NCBI GenBank assembly: GCA_041496565.1 | Contig: JBGQEW010000001.1 | Coordinates: forward strand, 1-53,585 | DNA length: 53,585 nt | Direction of reading: 5' to 3' | Source: Terriglobia bacterium | GTDB taxonomy: Bacteria > Acidobacteriota > Terriglobia > Acidiferrales > UBA7541 | Shown: piece by piece, positions 37,755 to 46,654 of the stretch | Numbering within the stretch: the stretch's first letter is position 1 | Layout of the letters: each line of letters begins with the position of its first letter | Made by a program: the position numbers and the translations under genes | Notes under the pieces: generated by a model | Told to the model about the DNA's origin: nothing | Databases searched by the model: none | The model's input: the letters and a program-made list of their open reading frames with translations, nothing else

Positions 37755-40370
37755 ATGCCGCCCTCGACCCTTTCGGGCCTGCGCGACTTTTATGGGGAGG
37801 AAACGGAAACCGCTCGGCGGGATTTCGATTCGACCGGCAGCGGCGCCGCGGCTTTGCTCGCGCGCTCCTCGCTCGTCGATTCCATCGTCCGCCAGCTCTA
37901 TGGCGACCTGCTCTCAAGTGACTTGCGCGGCCCGAAAAATTTCTGCGCCATCGCCCTCGGCGGCTATGGACGGTGCGCGCTTTTCCCTCATTCCGACGTC
38001 GATCTCCTCTTCGTCCACGAAGACCCATCCCTCGAAGCCGCGCACAAGGAATCGGTCGCGGAAATTTTGAAGACCCTCTGGGACTTGCGGCTGCGCGTCA
38101 GTCCCGCCAGCCGCACCCTCGAGGAGTGCGACAAATTTAACGGCGACAATCCCGAGTTCACGATTTCACTTCTCGACTGCCGCTACCTGGCGGGTGATAA
38201 GCGTCTCTTCGCGCGTCTCTCGAGCAAAGTGATCCCGGAGCTGGTCGCCCGTGAACGCTCCCCCCTCGTCCGCAATCTTGCGGAGCTCACGCGGCAGCGC
38301 CACGCCAGGCACGGCAACACTATTTTTCACCTCGAGCCCAATCTCAAGGAAGCCCCGGGGGGCCTGCGCGATTATCACGTCGCGTGCTGGCTCACGCAGA
38401 TTTCCCGCCTCGAAGAAGGCGGCGGTGCAAGCTCGTCAGATGCCGCCGCCCCGCTGCCGTTGCAGTTGTCGTGCGATCGCGCCTTCGAGTTCCTCTCCGC
38501 CGCACGCTGCTTCTTGCACTACCGCCAGGGACGCGACGACAACATCTTGTCCTATGAGCTTCAGGCCGAAGCTGCAGCCGCGGGCATCGGTGCGCAGCCC
38601 GGCATCGGCATTCCCCCTGCCGATTGGATGCGCAATTATTTCCAGCATGTGCGCTCCATCTGCAATCTGACTGATCAGATGCTCGAGGAAGCGGCGTCTG
38701 CGCGCTCGTCCCTCTACGAGCTATACGAGGACTGGCGTTCGCGCCTTTCGACCGCAGAATTCTCGGTGATGCGCGGCCGCATCTTCATCCGCCAGCCCGC
38801 CGCGCTCGCGGATCCGGGAACTTTTTTGAGCCTCTTTGAATTTCGCGCCCGCCACGGCGTGCCCCTCAGCGCGGAAGCCGAGCGCCACGCGCGCGACGCT
38901 CAGGAAAAAATGAGCGGGGAACCCTTCGCCGCTCCGCAACTCTGGGCCCGCTTCCGGCAGATTCTTGTGCTGCCCCATGCCGCCGGCGCTTTGCGCGACC
39001 TGCATCGCCTCGGCACGCTCGTCCGGCTGTTTCCCCAGTTTCACGCCATCGATTCGCTCGTCATCCGCGACTTCTATCATCGCTACACGGTGGACGAGCA
39101 TTCCTTCCAGGCCATCGACAATCTGCACCGCTTGCGCAAGCCCGCCGGGGAATGGGAGCGCCGGTTTTCCGAAATGTTCAGCGAGATCGAGCAGCCCGAG
39201 CTGCTGTTCCTCGCGCTGCTGTTTCACGATGTGGGTAAGGGCTTGCCGGTGGAAAATCACGTGGAAGGCAGCCTCGGCGCCGTCTCCAGCGTCTTCGCGC
39301 GCCTCGCGCTCGAGCCGGCCGATGCGGAGACGGTGCGCTTCCTGATTTCGAGCCATCTCGAGATGTCCGCGACTTTGCTCCGCCGCGACATTTTCGATCC
39401 GGAGACGATTCGCGCATTTGCCGAAAAGGTCGGCTCGCCCGAGCGGCTGAAACTTCTCTGCCTGTTCACCTACGCGGACATCCGGGCCGTCAATCCCGAA
39501 GCGTTGACGCCGTGGAAGGCGGAAATGTTGTGGCAGCTCTACGCGGCGTCGACGAATTACTTGAATCGAAGCGTGGACGAGGAGCGCTTCCTCTCCGGCG
39601 CGACGCGGGAACAGTCCATCGGACAGATTCTTTCCTTTTTGCCCGCCGTCGCAACCGCCGAAGACGTCGCCGGCTTCCTGACGGGCTTCCCGAAGCGATA
39701 CCTCCTGACTCGTTCGCCGCAAGCCATCGCCGCGCACTATCAGATGATGCGGGAATTGCGCCACCATCCCGCCACGCTCAAGCTCAGCGAGCGCGGCCAT
39801 TTTCACGAGCTGACATTGCTCGCGGCCGACCGGCCGTTTCTCTTCGCCACCATCGCGGGCGCGCTTTCCGCGCTGGGAATGAACATCGTCAAGGCGGAAG
39901 CCTTCTCCAATGCCGCCGGGATCGTCCTGGATTCATTTTATTTCGTGGATCTCTTCCGCACGCTCGAATTAAATCCGCCGGAGATTCAACGCTTCGAGAA
40001 AACGCTCGTGGAAGTTTTGACCGGCCAGGCGAGTCTTGAAAAGCTTCTGAGCGGCCGCGCCAACCAGCGTGCTTTGCCGCCGCCCAAGGTTCGCCTGGAA
40101 ACGCAGATTCGCTTCGACGACGAGAGCTCGTCTCACAGCACGCTGCTCGAGCTCGTCGCCGAGGATCGCCCGGGCCTGCTTTACCAGGTCAGCTCCACGC
40201 TGGCCGAGCTCGGCTGCAACATCGAAGTCGCGCTGATCGACACCGAGGGGCAAAAAGCGATTGACGTCTTTTATCTCACCGCCGGCGGCGCCAAGCTCGA
40301 TCCTTCCCTGCAGCTTGCCCTGCGCTCGAGCTTGCTCCAAAAGCTCTCGACCGCCGAATCGGAAACCTAG
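37755..40370 (+). CDS. glnD: [Protein-PII] uridylyltransferase / uridylyl-removing enzyme
   Basis: Nucleotidyltransferase motif GGYGRCALFPHSDVDLLF, HD domain LLFHDVGKG, and two C-terminal ACT-like domains (LLAADRPFLFATIAGALSALGMNI, LVAEDRPGLLYQVSSTLAELGCNI). Confidence 0.9.
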   Translation: MPPSTLSGLRDFYGEETETARRDFDSTGSGAAALLARSSLVDSIVRQLYGDLLSSDLRGPKNFCAIALGGYGRCALFPHSDVDLLFVHEDPSLEAAHKESVAEILKTLWDLRLRVSPASRTLEECDKFNGDNPEFTISLLDCRYLAGDKRLFARLSSKVIPELVARERSPLVRNLAELTRQRHARHGNTIFHLEPNLKEAPGGLRDYHVACWLTQISRLEEGGGASSSDAAAPLPLQLSCDRAFEFLSAARCFLHYRQGRDDNILSYELQAEAAAAGIGAQPGIGIPPADWMRNYFQHVRSICNLTDQMLEEAASARSSLYELYEDWRSRLSTAEFSVMRGRIFIRQPAALADPGTFLSLFEFRARHGVPLSAEAERHARDAQEKMSGEPFAAPQLWARFRQILVLPHAAGALRDLHRLGTLVRLFPQFHAIDSLVIRDFYHRYTVDEHSFQAIDNLHRLRKPAGEWERRFSEMFSEIEQPELLFLALLFHDVGKGLPVENHVEGSLGAVSSVFARLALEPADAETVRFLISSHLEMSATLLRRDIFDPETIRAFAEKVGSPERLKLLCLFTYADIRAVNPEALTPWKAEMLWQLYAASTNYLNRSVDEERFLSGATREQSIGQILSFLPAVATAEDVAGFLTGFPKRYLLTRSPQAIAAHYQMMRELRHHPATLKLSERGHFHELTLLAADRPFLFATIAGALSALGMNIVKAEAFSNAAGIVLDSFYFVDLFRTLELNPPEIQRFEKTLVEVLTGQASLEKLLSGRANQRALPPPKVRLETQIRFDDESSSHSTLLELVAEDRPGLLYQVSSTLAELGCNIEVALIDTEGQKAIDVFYLTAGGAKLDPSLQLALRSSLLQKLSTAESET

Positions 40371-40522
40371 CGTTGCGTGCCAAGAACAACTGCGAATAGT
40401 CCAAATCTCACAAGCCGTTGGATGTCCGGTTTTCCGATTATTCGTCCATTGAGGTGTCCGATCGTGACACCGCAAGGCATAATAGCGACCAGAGTTGTGT
40501 TGGAAAAGGCGGAGCGAATGAA

Positions 40523-40702
40523 ATGAGCTTCGACCGGCAACTGGACTTGCTTGTCACCATCCTAACCACAGTGGTCGTTTTTGTCGGCTGCATTTTTTCC
40601 GGTGAGCTGTCCGTCAAGATTAGTTTGCTTGTTGCGGCCGGTGTTTTCCTAGCTCGCCTTGTACTTGGCCGGGGCATAAGCGAAATCCTCGATATCTTTT
40701 GA
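40523..40702 (+). CDS. Possible small membrane protein (59 aa)
   Basis: Met36 of ORF 40418-40702, GGAG 9 nt upstream. MSFDRQLDLLVTILTTVVVFVGCIFSGELSVKISLLVAAGVFLARLVLG has two hydrophobic helices. There is no homology evidence. Confidence 0.3.
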   Translation: MSFDRQLDLLVTILTTVVVFVGCIFSGELSVKISLLVAAGVFLARLVLGRGISEILDIF

Positions 40703-40768
40703 TTCGTTTTAATTGAACCTTCACCGCAGAGAAGAAGCCGGGGCTCAAACGTCCATCTGACTCAAACG

Positions 40769-40798
40769 AAATATCACCCTGTTCATAGGGTGATATTT
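40769..40798. terminator. Perfect 12-bp stem-loop, possibly a bidirectional terminator
   Basis: AAATATCACCCT-gttcat-AGGGTGATATTT. T-rich on the plus-strand 3' side (ATATTTTC) and followed by TTTCGTTT on the minus strand. Confidence 0.45.
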
Positions 40799-40992
40799 TC
40801 ACGTAGCCGTTAAGGGGTGACGGAATTCTGGAGCTAAGACACCACAGGCGCTATCTCTGTTCAGCCTGCCCACGCCGTGTTAACGTGGCTCGTGAATCCA
40901 GGAATTATCGCGCCCGACCTCGCCACCGCGAATGTCGCGGCACATGCGCGCCACACTTGTCCACACAATGCAACTTCACTCTCATCCTGTGA

Positions 40993-41056
40993 CTCCTCTT
41001 TCTTCTCTTTCTCCTTTATTTCCTCTTTCTCCTTTCCCTCCTCTGCCTTTCTCCCC
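40993..41056. repeat. Polypyrimidine/polypurine mirror-like tract of about 64 nt
   Basis: CTCCTCTTTCTTCTCTTTCTCCTTTaTTTCCTCTTTCTCCTTTCCCTCCTCTgCCTTTCTCCCCC, only two purines on the plus strand. It sits in a lower-GC non-coding region. Confidence 0.7.
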
Positions 41057-41415
41057 CGTTTTCTAATCGAAAATGAATTGGGCATAGTACCTGAACTAAA
41101 TGATTGCAAACAAAGAGCAGTCTCCCAGTCTAATCGCAAAAAGATTTTGGGGCCTGGCAAGGTCGAAAACGGCCTCCGAAGCGCCGCACAATCGCTCTTC
41201 TCGTCCTGCAAATCTGGACTTTCAACGGTCAACCCTGAACTCTTCGGCGCGCCTGCCAGCGGCGTCGTCCGCCGGAAGGGAACTTGCGATATGCTCCCGC
41301 CTGCTGCCGGCATGATCAGATCACTCACCTGTTTTCAGCCGAGGCGGGCCCGGACGCATGGCGTACAACATGCGACTCACAATCATGCTCCGCGCCAAAA
41401 GCTCCGGTCCTAGAA

Positions 41416-42783
41416 ATGGCTACCGACGCAAAACCTCATCTGACTCGCGGCTTCGGCCTGCTCCAGGCGACCGCGCTGAACATGACCAACGTCGTCGGCG
41501 TCGGTCCGTTCATCACCATTCCGCTGATTTTGGCCACCATGGGCGGTCCGCAGGCCATGTTGGGCTGGCTGCTCGGAGCCTTGCTTGCCGTGTGCGACGG
41601 CCAGGTGTGGAGCGAGCTCGGCGCTGCCTGGCCAAGTTCCGGCGGCAGCTATCGCTACCTCCGCGAAGCCTACGGCCCGGAAAGTTTTGGCCGCCTGATG
41701 GCATTTCTATTTATCTGGCAGTTCGTGCTGAGTGGGCCGCTCGAGATTGCCTCCGGCATGATCGGGTTTTCCGGCTACGCCAGCTACATCTGGCCGGCCA
41801 TCACTCCGCTCGATCGCAAGCTTCTGGCGGCCGCCGTGGGAATCCTTGCGCTCGTGCTCCTCTACCGCCGGATCACGTTTCTCAGCAGGGTCACCGTGAC
41901 GCTGTGGCTCGGCACGATCGCGACGATGGTCACTGTCCTGGTGGTCGGTCTGCCGCATTTCGATCCGCGAATCGCATTTTCTTTTCCCCCGCATGCGTTC
42001 GACTTTACGAGAGGTTTTTTCCTCGGCCTCGGCAGCTCCATGCTGATTGCGATGTACGATTACCTCGGCTACTACGATGTGTGTTACATCGGCGACGAAG
42101 TTCGCGAGCCCGCGCGCGTCATTCCTCGTTCCATCCTCTACTGCATTCTGGTCACCGCAGTCGCTTACCTCGCCATCAACACGGTTCTCATCGGAGTGGT
42201 GCCGTGGCAAAGAGCGATGCACTCTGGCTATATCGTCTCGGAATTCATGCAGCAGCTTCACGGCCGCGCCGCGGCCATTGTCGTCACGGTGATGATTCTC
42301 TGGACGGCTTTCGGCTCGGTGTTTGCCCTGCTGCTGGGCTACTCGCGCATTCCGTATGCGGCGGCGGTGGATGGATTTTTCTTCCGCATTTTCGCGCGCG
42401 AACATCCCACCAAAAACTTCCCGCATGTTTCCCTGCTCGTCCTGGGCGCCGTAGCCGTCGTCGCCGCGTTTTTTCCGTTGGACGTCGTTATCAGCGCTCT
42501 GATCACGACTCGTGTCCTGGTGCAATTCATCGCGCAGATTCTTGCGCTGCCGCTCCTGCGCCGTCTCCCGGCGCAACAGCGTCCTTATCGAATGTGGCTC
42601 TATCCCGTGCCTGCGGTCATCGCCTTCATTGGTTGGAGCTACATTTTCGTGACCTCCGGCTGGAAGTACGTCGCGGTGGGATTGCTGACGCTGCTCCTCG
42701 GCGTTTGTATTTACTTCCTGCGCGCGTATTGGACCCGAACTTGGCCGTTTGTGCAGCTGGCCAGTGGTGGTTCAAATGTTTGA
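41416..42783 (+). CDS. APC-superfamily amino-acid permease
   Basis: Met45 of ORF 41284-42783: MATDAKPHLTRGFGLLQATALNMTNVVGVGPFITIPL... About 12 hydrophobic segments. The overlapping frames 41358-42857 and 41707-42576(-) are shadow ORFs. Confidence 0.85.
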   Translation: MATDAKPHLTRGFGLLQATALNMTNVVGVGPFITIPLILATMGGPQAMLGWLLGALLAVCDGQVWSELGAAWPSSGGSYRYLREAYGPESFGRLMAFLFIWQFVLSGPLEIASGMIGFSGYASYIWPAITPLDRKLLAAAVGILALVLLYRRITFLSRVTVTLWLGTIATMVTVLVVGLPHFDPRIAFSFPPHAFDFTRGFFLGLGSSMLIAMYDYLGYYDVCYIGDEVREPARVIPRSILYCILVTAVAYLAINTVLIGVVPWQRAMHSGYIVSEFMQQLHGRAAAIVVTVMILWTAFGSVFALLLGYSRIPYAAAVDGFFFRIFAREHPTKNFPHVSLLVLGAVAVVAAFFPLDVVISALITTRVLVQFIAQILALPLLRRLPAQQRPYRMWLYPVPAVIAFIGWSYIFVTSGWKYVAVGLLTLLLGVCIYFLRAYWTRTWPFVQLASGGSNV

Positions 42784-42897
42784 CCGAGGCACATCTCCAT
42801 CAATCGACAGGGCAAGCGTTTACCCACTCGACATCGAGCAGGCCATGCTGTATCTAATTAACGGCCCTGTCGAACACATTTGGCCATCGGACAGCCC

Positions 42898-45894
42898 ATG
42901 CCACCAGTCGTGATCGAAAACCCGATCTTGAACTCTCCTTTTGAGGAGCCCCGCCGCCATTTTCGATTTTCCGAGGAAGGCATCACCAACGAGATCATTA
43001 ATGGACGACGAGTGAGTTCCTATTTCGTTCCCATTCCAAAGCCGAGGACGAAGGGCGGCAAGTCTCAGATGGTTTTCGATACGGAATGAACCCAGGAACG
43101 GATTGAAGAGAACAAATTCATCAATCAGGTCCGAGAACGGGTCGCAAGGTGGAGGCAGGGCGGATACGTTGGGGTGACCAAGACTACGACGTCATTGCTG
43201 GAGTATTGGAAGAATCCAGAGCGGGTGAGGCGGCTCTTCTTTTGTCAGCTCGAAGCTCTCGATACGGCAATTTACATCACAGAAGTCGCCAGTAAGTACA
43301 ATGATGCCTGGATTGAGAACGACCTTCGCAAAGCCAATGAAGCTGCCAATCCAGCCCTTTATCGCACGGCCATCAAGATGGCGACGGGAAGCGGGAAAAC
43401 CGTCGTCATGGCCATGCTCATTGCTTGGCACACACTGAATAAGATCGCGAACCTACAAGATGCGCGTTTCTCGGACACATTCCTCATCGTTACTCCAGGC
43501 ATCACGATTCGCGACCGCCTCCGCGTCCTACTGCCAAGTGATCCCGAAAACTACTACAAGCAGCTCGACATACTTCCTTCAAGTCTTCGAGAAGAAATAG
43601 GCCGAGCGAAATTGGTCATCACTAATTTTCATGCTTTCAAGCTGCGCGAGCACACCTCCGCTGGGCGCGTGACAAAGCAAATTCTAGGCCAAGGGTCGAA
43701 CGGCGCTTTTACGGAAACACCAGATCAGATGGTACGCCGCGTCTGCCGGGAGCTTGGCAACAAGAAAAACATAGTCGTCTTAAACGACGAAGCTCACCAT
43801 TGCTACCGTCGAAAACCTGACGGCGAGGAGGAAAAGCTTGCAGGTGATGATCGCCGAGAAGCGGAGAAGAGAGAGGAAGAGGCAAGAATCTGGATTTCAG
43901 GTCTTGAGGCGATCCAAGCGAAGCTCGGCATTCGCGCCACATATGACCTATCCGCTACGCCGTTTTTTCTACGAGGGTCCGGCTACAGCGAAGGGTCTCT
44001 CTTTCCTTGGGTAGTGTCCGATTTCTCGCTCATCGACGCGATTGAATCCGGGATTGTGAAAGTACCGCGCGTTCCCGTGGCAGACGATTCAGTAGTCGGC
44101 GGACAACCCACCTATCGCGATCTTTGGCTTCGCATTCGAGAGAATCTCCCGAAGAAGGGACGCCGAACGGAAGCTGTGACCGGCGAGCCGAAACTGCCAG
44201 CGGAACTCGAAGGCGCACTGCAAAGTCTTTACGGCAATTATGAGAAGTATTACCGCAAGTGGGAAGAGAATTCGGAGGCTCGCGCGCGTGGCTTGACGCC
44301 GCCTGTCTTCATCGTCGTCTGCAATAACATCAATGTCTCAAACCTTGTTTTCCGGTACGCCGCAGGTTGGGATAAACAAATCTCCGAAGACGTGACCATA
44401 CCCGTCCCCGGAAAACTACCTCTGTTCAGTAACGTGGTAAACGATCGCTGGACCATTCAGCCCAGCACCATTCTGGTAGATAGCACGGAGCTGGAATCGG
44501 GCGAGGGAATGAGCGACGAATTCAAGAGATACGCCGGTCGTGAGATCGAGGAATTCAAAAATGAGTATCGCAGCCGCTTCCCTGGGCGCGACGCTGAGAA
44601 TTTGACGGACGAGGATCTACTTCGAGAAGTGATGAACACTGTTGGGAAGCCAGGCAAACTGGGCGAGCAGATCAAGTGCGTAGTCTCGGTTTCGATGCTG
44701 ACGGAAGGTTGGGATGCAAACACCGTCACGCATATCCTTGGCGTCCGCGCCTTCGGCACACAGCTTCTCTGCGAGCAAGTCGTTGGTCGCGGTCTCCGGC
44801 GCATGAGCTATGTGCCGACGAAACAAACCGTCGCGATAAATGGCAAGCCGACGGAGATTGAAACCTTCGATACCGAATACGCCGAAATCTACGGCGTGCC
44901 CTTCTCGTTCATCCCAAGTGCTGGCTCGGCGAATGATCCAAAGCCAGCGCCGCCACCTACTCGCGTGCGGGCCTTGGAAGACCGCATCGCGTGTGAGATC
45001 ACGTTTCCCCGAGTCGCCGGCTATCGGTATGAGCTTGGCTCACAGACGCTTGTGGCAGCCTTTGGCCCGGACTCCAAGCTGGCACTTTCAACCGCTGATA
45101 TTCCTACGAAGACGGAAAACGCTCCCATCGTTGGCGAAAGCAGCATTCACACCCTGGATGATTTGAAGAACCGCCGTGAACAAGAAGTAGCTTTCCTCCT
45201 GGCCAAACTGGTTCTGGAGAAATACTTCACTGACGACGAGGGTAATGTAAAGCAGTGGCTCTTCCCTCAGCTTCTGGGAATTGCCAAGCGTTGGCTACGC
45301 GAGTGCGTCACTTGCAAGGACAACACCTTCCCTCAGATGCTTCTCTTGCTCGAAAAGGCCCACGATGCAGCAGACAGAATTTACCGCGCCATTGCCGCTT
45401 CTGAACCTGGAATGAAAGTCTTGAAACCAAGACTCCGCAACTACGACACAATCGGCTCGACGCGCTACGTGGAATTCGAGACCACGCGCCCCACATACAC
45501 CACCAGGCCTGATAGATGCCATCTCAACTATGTCGTGGCGGATACCGAGTCTTGGGAGCAAAAGATGGCTCAGACCTTAGAGGACATGGACGAGGTCCTT
45601 TGTTACGTGAAGAATCAAGGTCTGAACTTCATCATCCCCTACACGCTTAACGGTGAGGAAAAGAATTACCTGCCAGATTTCATCGTTCGAATACGCGATG
45701 GAGGCAGGGAACCACTGAACTTGATTCTGGAAGTAACAGGTGAGGCGAAGAAAGAGAAGGCCGCCAAGGTCGCTACCGCTCGAACACTTTGGGTACCGGC
45801 GATCAACAATCAGGGCACATTCGGCCGCTGGGTATTTCTGGAAATTACTGATCCATGGGACGCGCAGAAAACAATTCGAAGTATTCTCCGCTAG
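42898..45894 (+). pseudogene. res: Type III restriction enzyme Res subunit (DEAD/DEAH helicase + PD-ExK nuclease), interrupted by an in-frame TGA at 43087-43089
   Basis: ORF 42880-43089 (MPPVVIENPILNSPFEEPRRHFRF...FVPIPKPR...FDTE*) and ORF 43174-45894 are in the same frame. The 84 nt between them translate cleanly (TQERIEENKFINQVRERVARWRQGGYVG). Walker A KMATGSGKT, motif II LNDEAHHCY, motif VI-like QVVGRGLRR, C-terminal YLPDFIV...LILEVTGE nuclease region. Confidence 0.8.
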
Positions 45895-45897
45895 GTT

Positions 45898-45919
45898 GCA
45901 CAGGCACTCTTGCCTGTGC
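45898..45919 (+). repeat. REP hairpin 1
   Basis: GCACAGGCACTCTTGCCTGTGC, an 8-bp stem with a 6-nt loop, 4 nt after the res stop. Confidence 0.85.
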
Positions 45920-45976
45920 CCTTCTCCCCACACCTGCGCCCCAAGTCCAAAGCGCAGTCTGGCAGAGGCATCTACG

Positions 45977-46561
45977 GTGAGCTACTACGAGCGAAACTTG
46001 CCGCATTGGCATCCGGATGGACGCGCGATTTTTCTGACTTGGCGCGTGCACGGGTCGTTGCCGCAGAGTTTCGTCCGCGATCTCGAAAAACTGAAAGAAG
46101 ATCCGGCAAGACAGTTTCTTGCGGCCGACCGAAGGCTGGATGCCGCCGCGACAGGCCCGCGCTGGCTGGCCGACCCGGAAATTGCCGGCTACGTGGTGGA
46201 TAGCCTCATCCGTGGCGCCGAGCTTGGCCACTATTCCCTACACGCGTACGTCGTGATGTCCAACCATGTGCACGTCCTGCTCGACCCGTTGGTGCCGTTG
46301 CGCCGCATCACGGGCGGGATCAAGGGAGTGTCTGCCCGGGACGCGAACGGGGCGCTCGGTCGCACCGGAAAACCTTTCTGGCAGGACGAATCGTTTGACC
46401 ACTGGATCCGCGATGGAGCGCAGTTTGAACGCATCCGGTCGTATATCGAGAGCAATCCTGTGAAGGCAGGCCTGGTGGTGAGACCCGAAGATTGGAAATG
46501 GTCGAGCGCTTATCCTCAAGTAGCACAGGCACTCTTGCCTGTGCAGGTCGTTCGCAGGTAG
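45977..46561 (+). CDS. REP-associated tyrosine transposase (RAYT, Y1 HUH family)
   Basis: GTG at 45977 (residue 80 of ORF 45740-46561; upstream of that the frame overlaps res and REP1). YYERNLPHWHPDG, HUH motif VVMSNHVHVLL, catalytic Tyr context RIRSYIESNPVKAGLV, WKWSS. The last 13 codons read through REP2. Confidence 0.8.
   Translation: MSYYERNLPHWHPDGRAIFLTWRVHGSLPQSFVRDLEKLKEDPARQFLAADRRLDAAATGPRWLADPEIAGYVVDSLIRGAELGHYSLHAYVVMSNHVHVLLDPLVPLRRITGGIKGVSARDANGALGRTGKPFWQDESFDHWIRDGAQFERIRSYIESNPVKAGLVVRPEDWKWSSAYPQVAQALLPVQVVRR
46523..46544 (+). repeat. REP hairpin 2
   Basis: Identical 22-mer GCACAGGCACTCTTGCCTGTGC. Confidence 0.85.
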
Positions 46562-46582
46562 CACAGGCACTCTTGCCTGTGC
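46561..46582 (+). repeat. REP hairpin 3
   Basis: Identical 22-mer, 16 nt after REP2. Both are preceded by GTA. Confidence 0.85.
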
Positions 46583-46619
46583 ACGGTGTTCGCCGTTGCA
46601 GTAGATGAGAAGAAATAGC

Positions 46620-46643
46620 AGCACAGCCAGGAGTGGCTGTGCT
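46620..46643 (+). repeat. REP-like variant hairpin
   Basis: AGCACAGCC-aggagt-GGCTGTGCT. The stem is related to the REP stem (GCACAGGC to GCACAGCC with a compensating change). Ends 12 nt before the mod ATG. Confidence 0.6.
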
Positions 46644-46654
46644 ACAGGTGATGC

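Larger units (their letters stand above)
45898..46643 (+). mobile_element. REPtron: RAYT (IS200/IS605-like Y1 transposase) gene flanked by REP hairpins
   Basis: GCACAGGC-actctt-GCCTGTGC occurs at 45898-45919, 46523-46544 and 46561-46582. A variant AGCACAGCC-aggagt-GGCTGTGCT occurs at 46620-46643. Together they bracket the RAYT ORF. Confidence 0.8.

Noticed and set aside
41269-41284. CGCCGGAAGGGAAC upstream of the amino-acid permease resembles the CGCCGAAGGAGCAA core of glycine riboswitches.
   Set aside because: No matching GGAGAG/CUCUGG partner segments or second aptamer could be found by eye. The resemblance is limited to about 10 nt.
40861-41328. 155-aa minus-strand ORF with a KEKEEIKEKEKKEE segment.
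   Set aside because: The Lys/Glu run is simply the translation of the polypurine strand of the 64-nt tract. The rest has no motif, no RBS and atypical composition. It was kept only as part of the non-coding-region finding.
43087-43089. Reading the in-frame TGA in res as selenocysteine or programmed readthrough.
   Set aside because: No SECIS-like hairpin is apparent immediately downstream, and there is no reason for Sec in a helicase N-terminus. A Trp-codon mutation or a base-call error is far more parsimonious.
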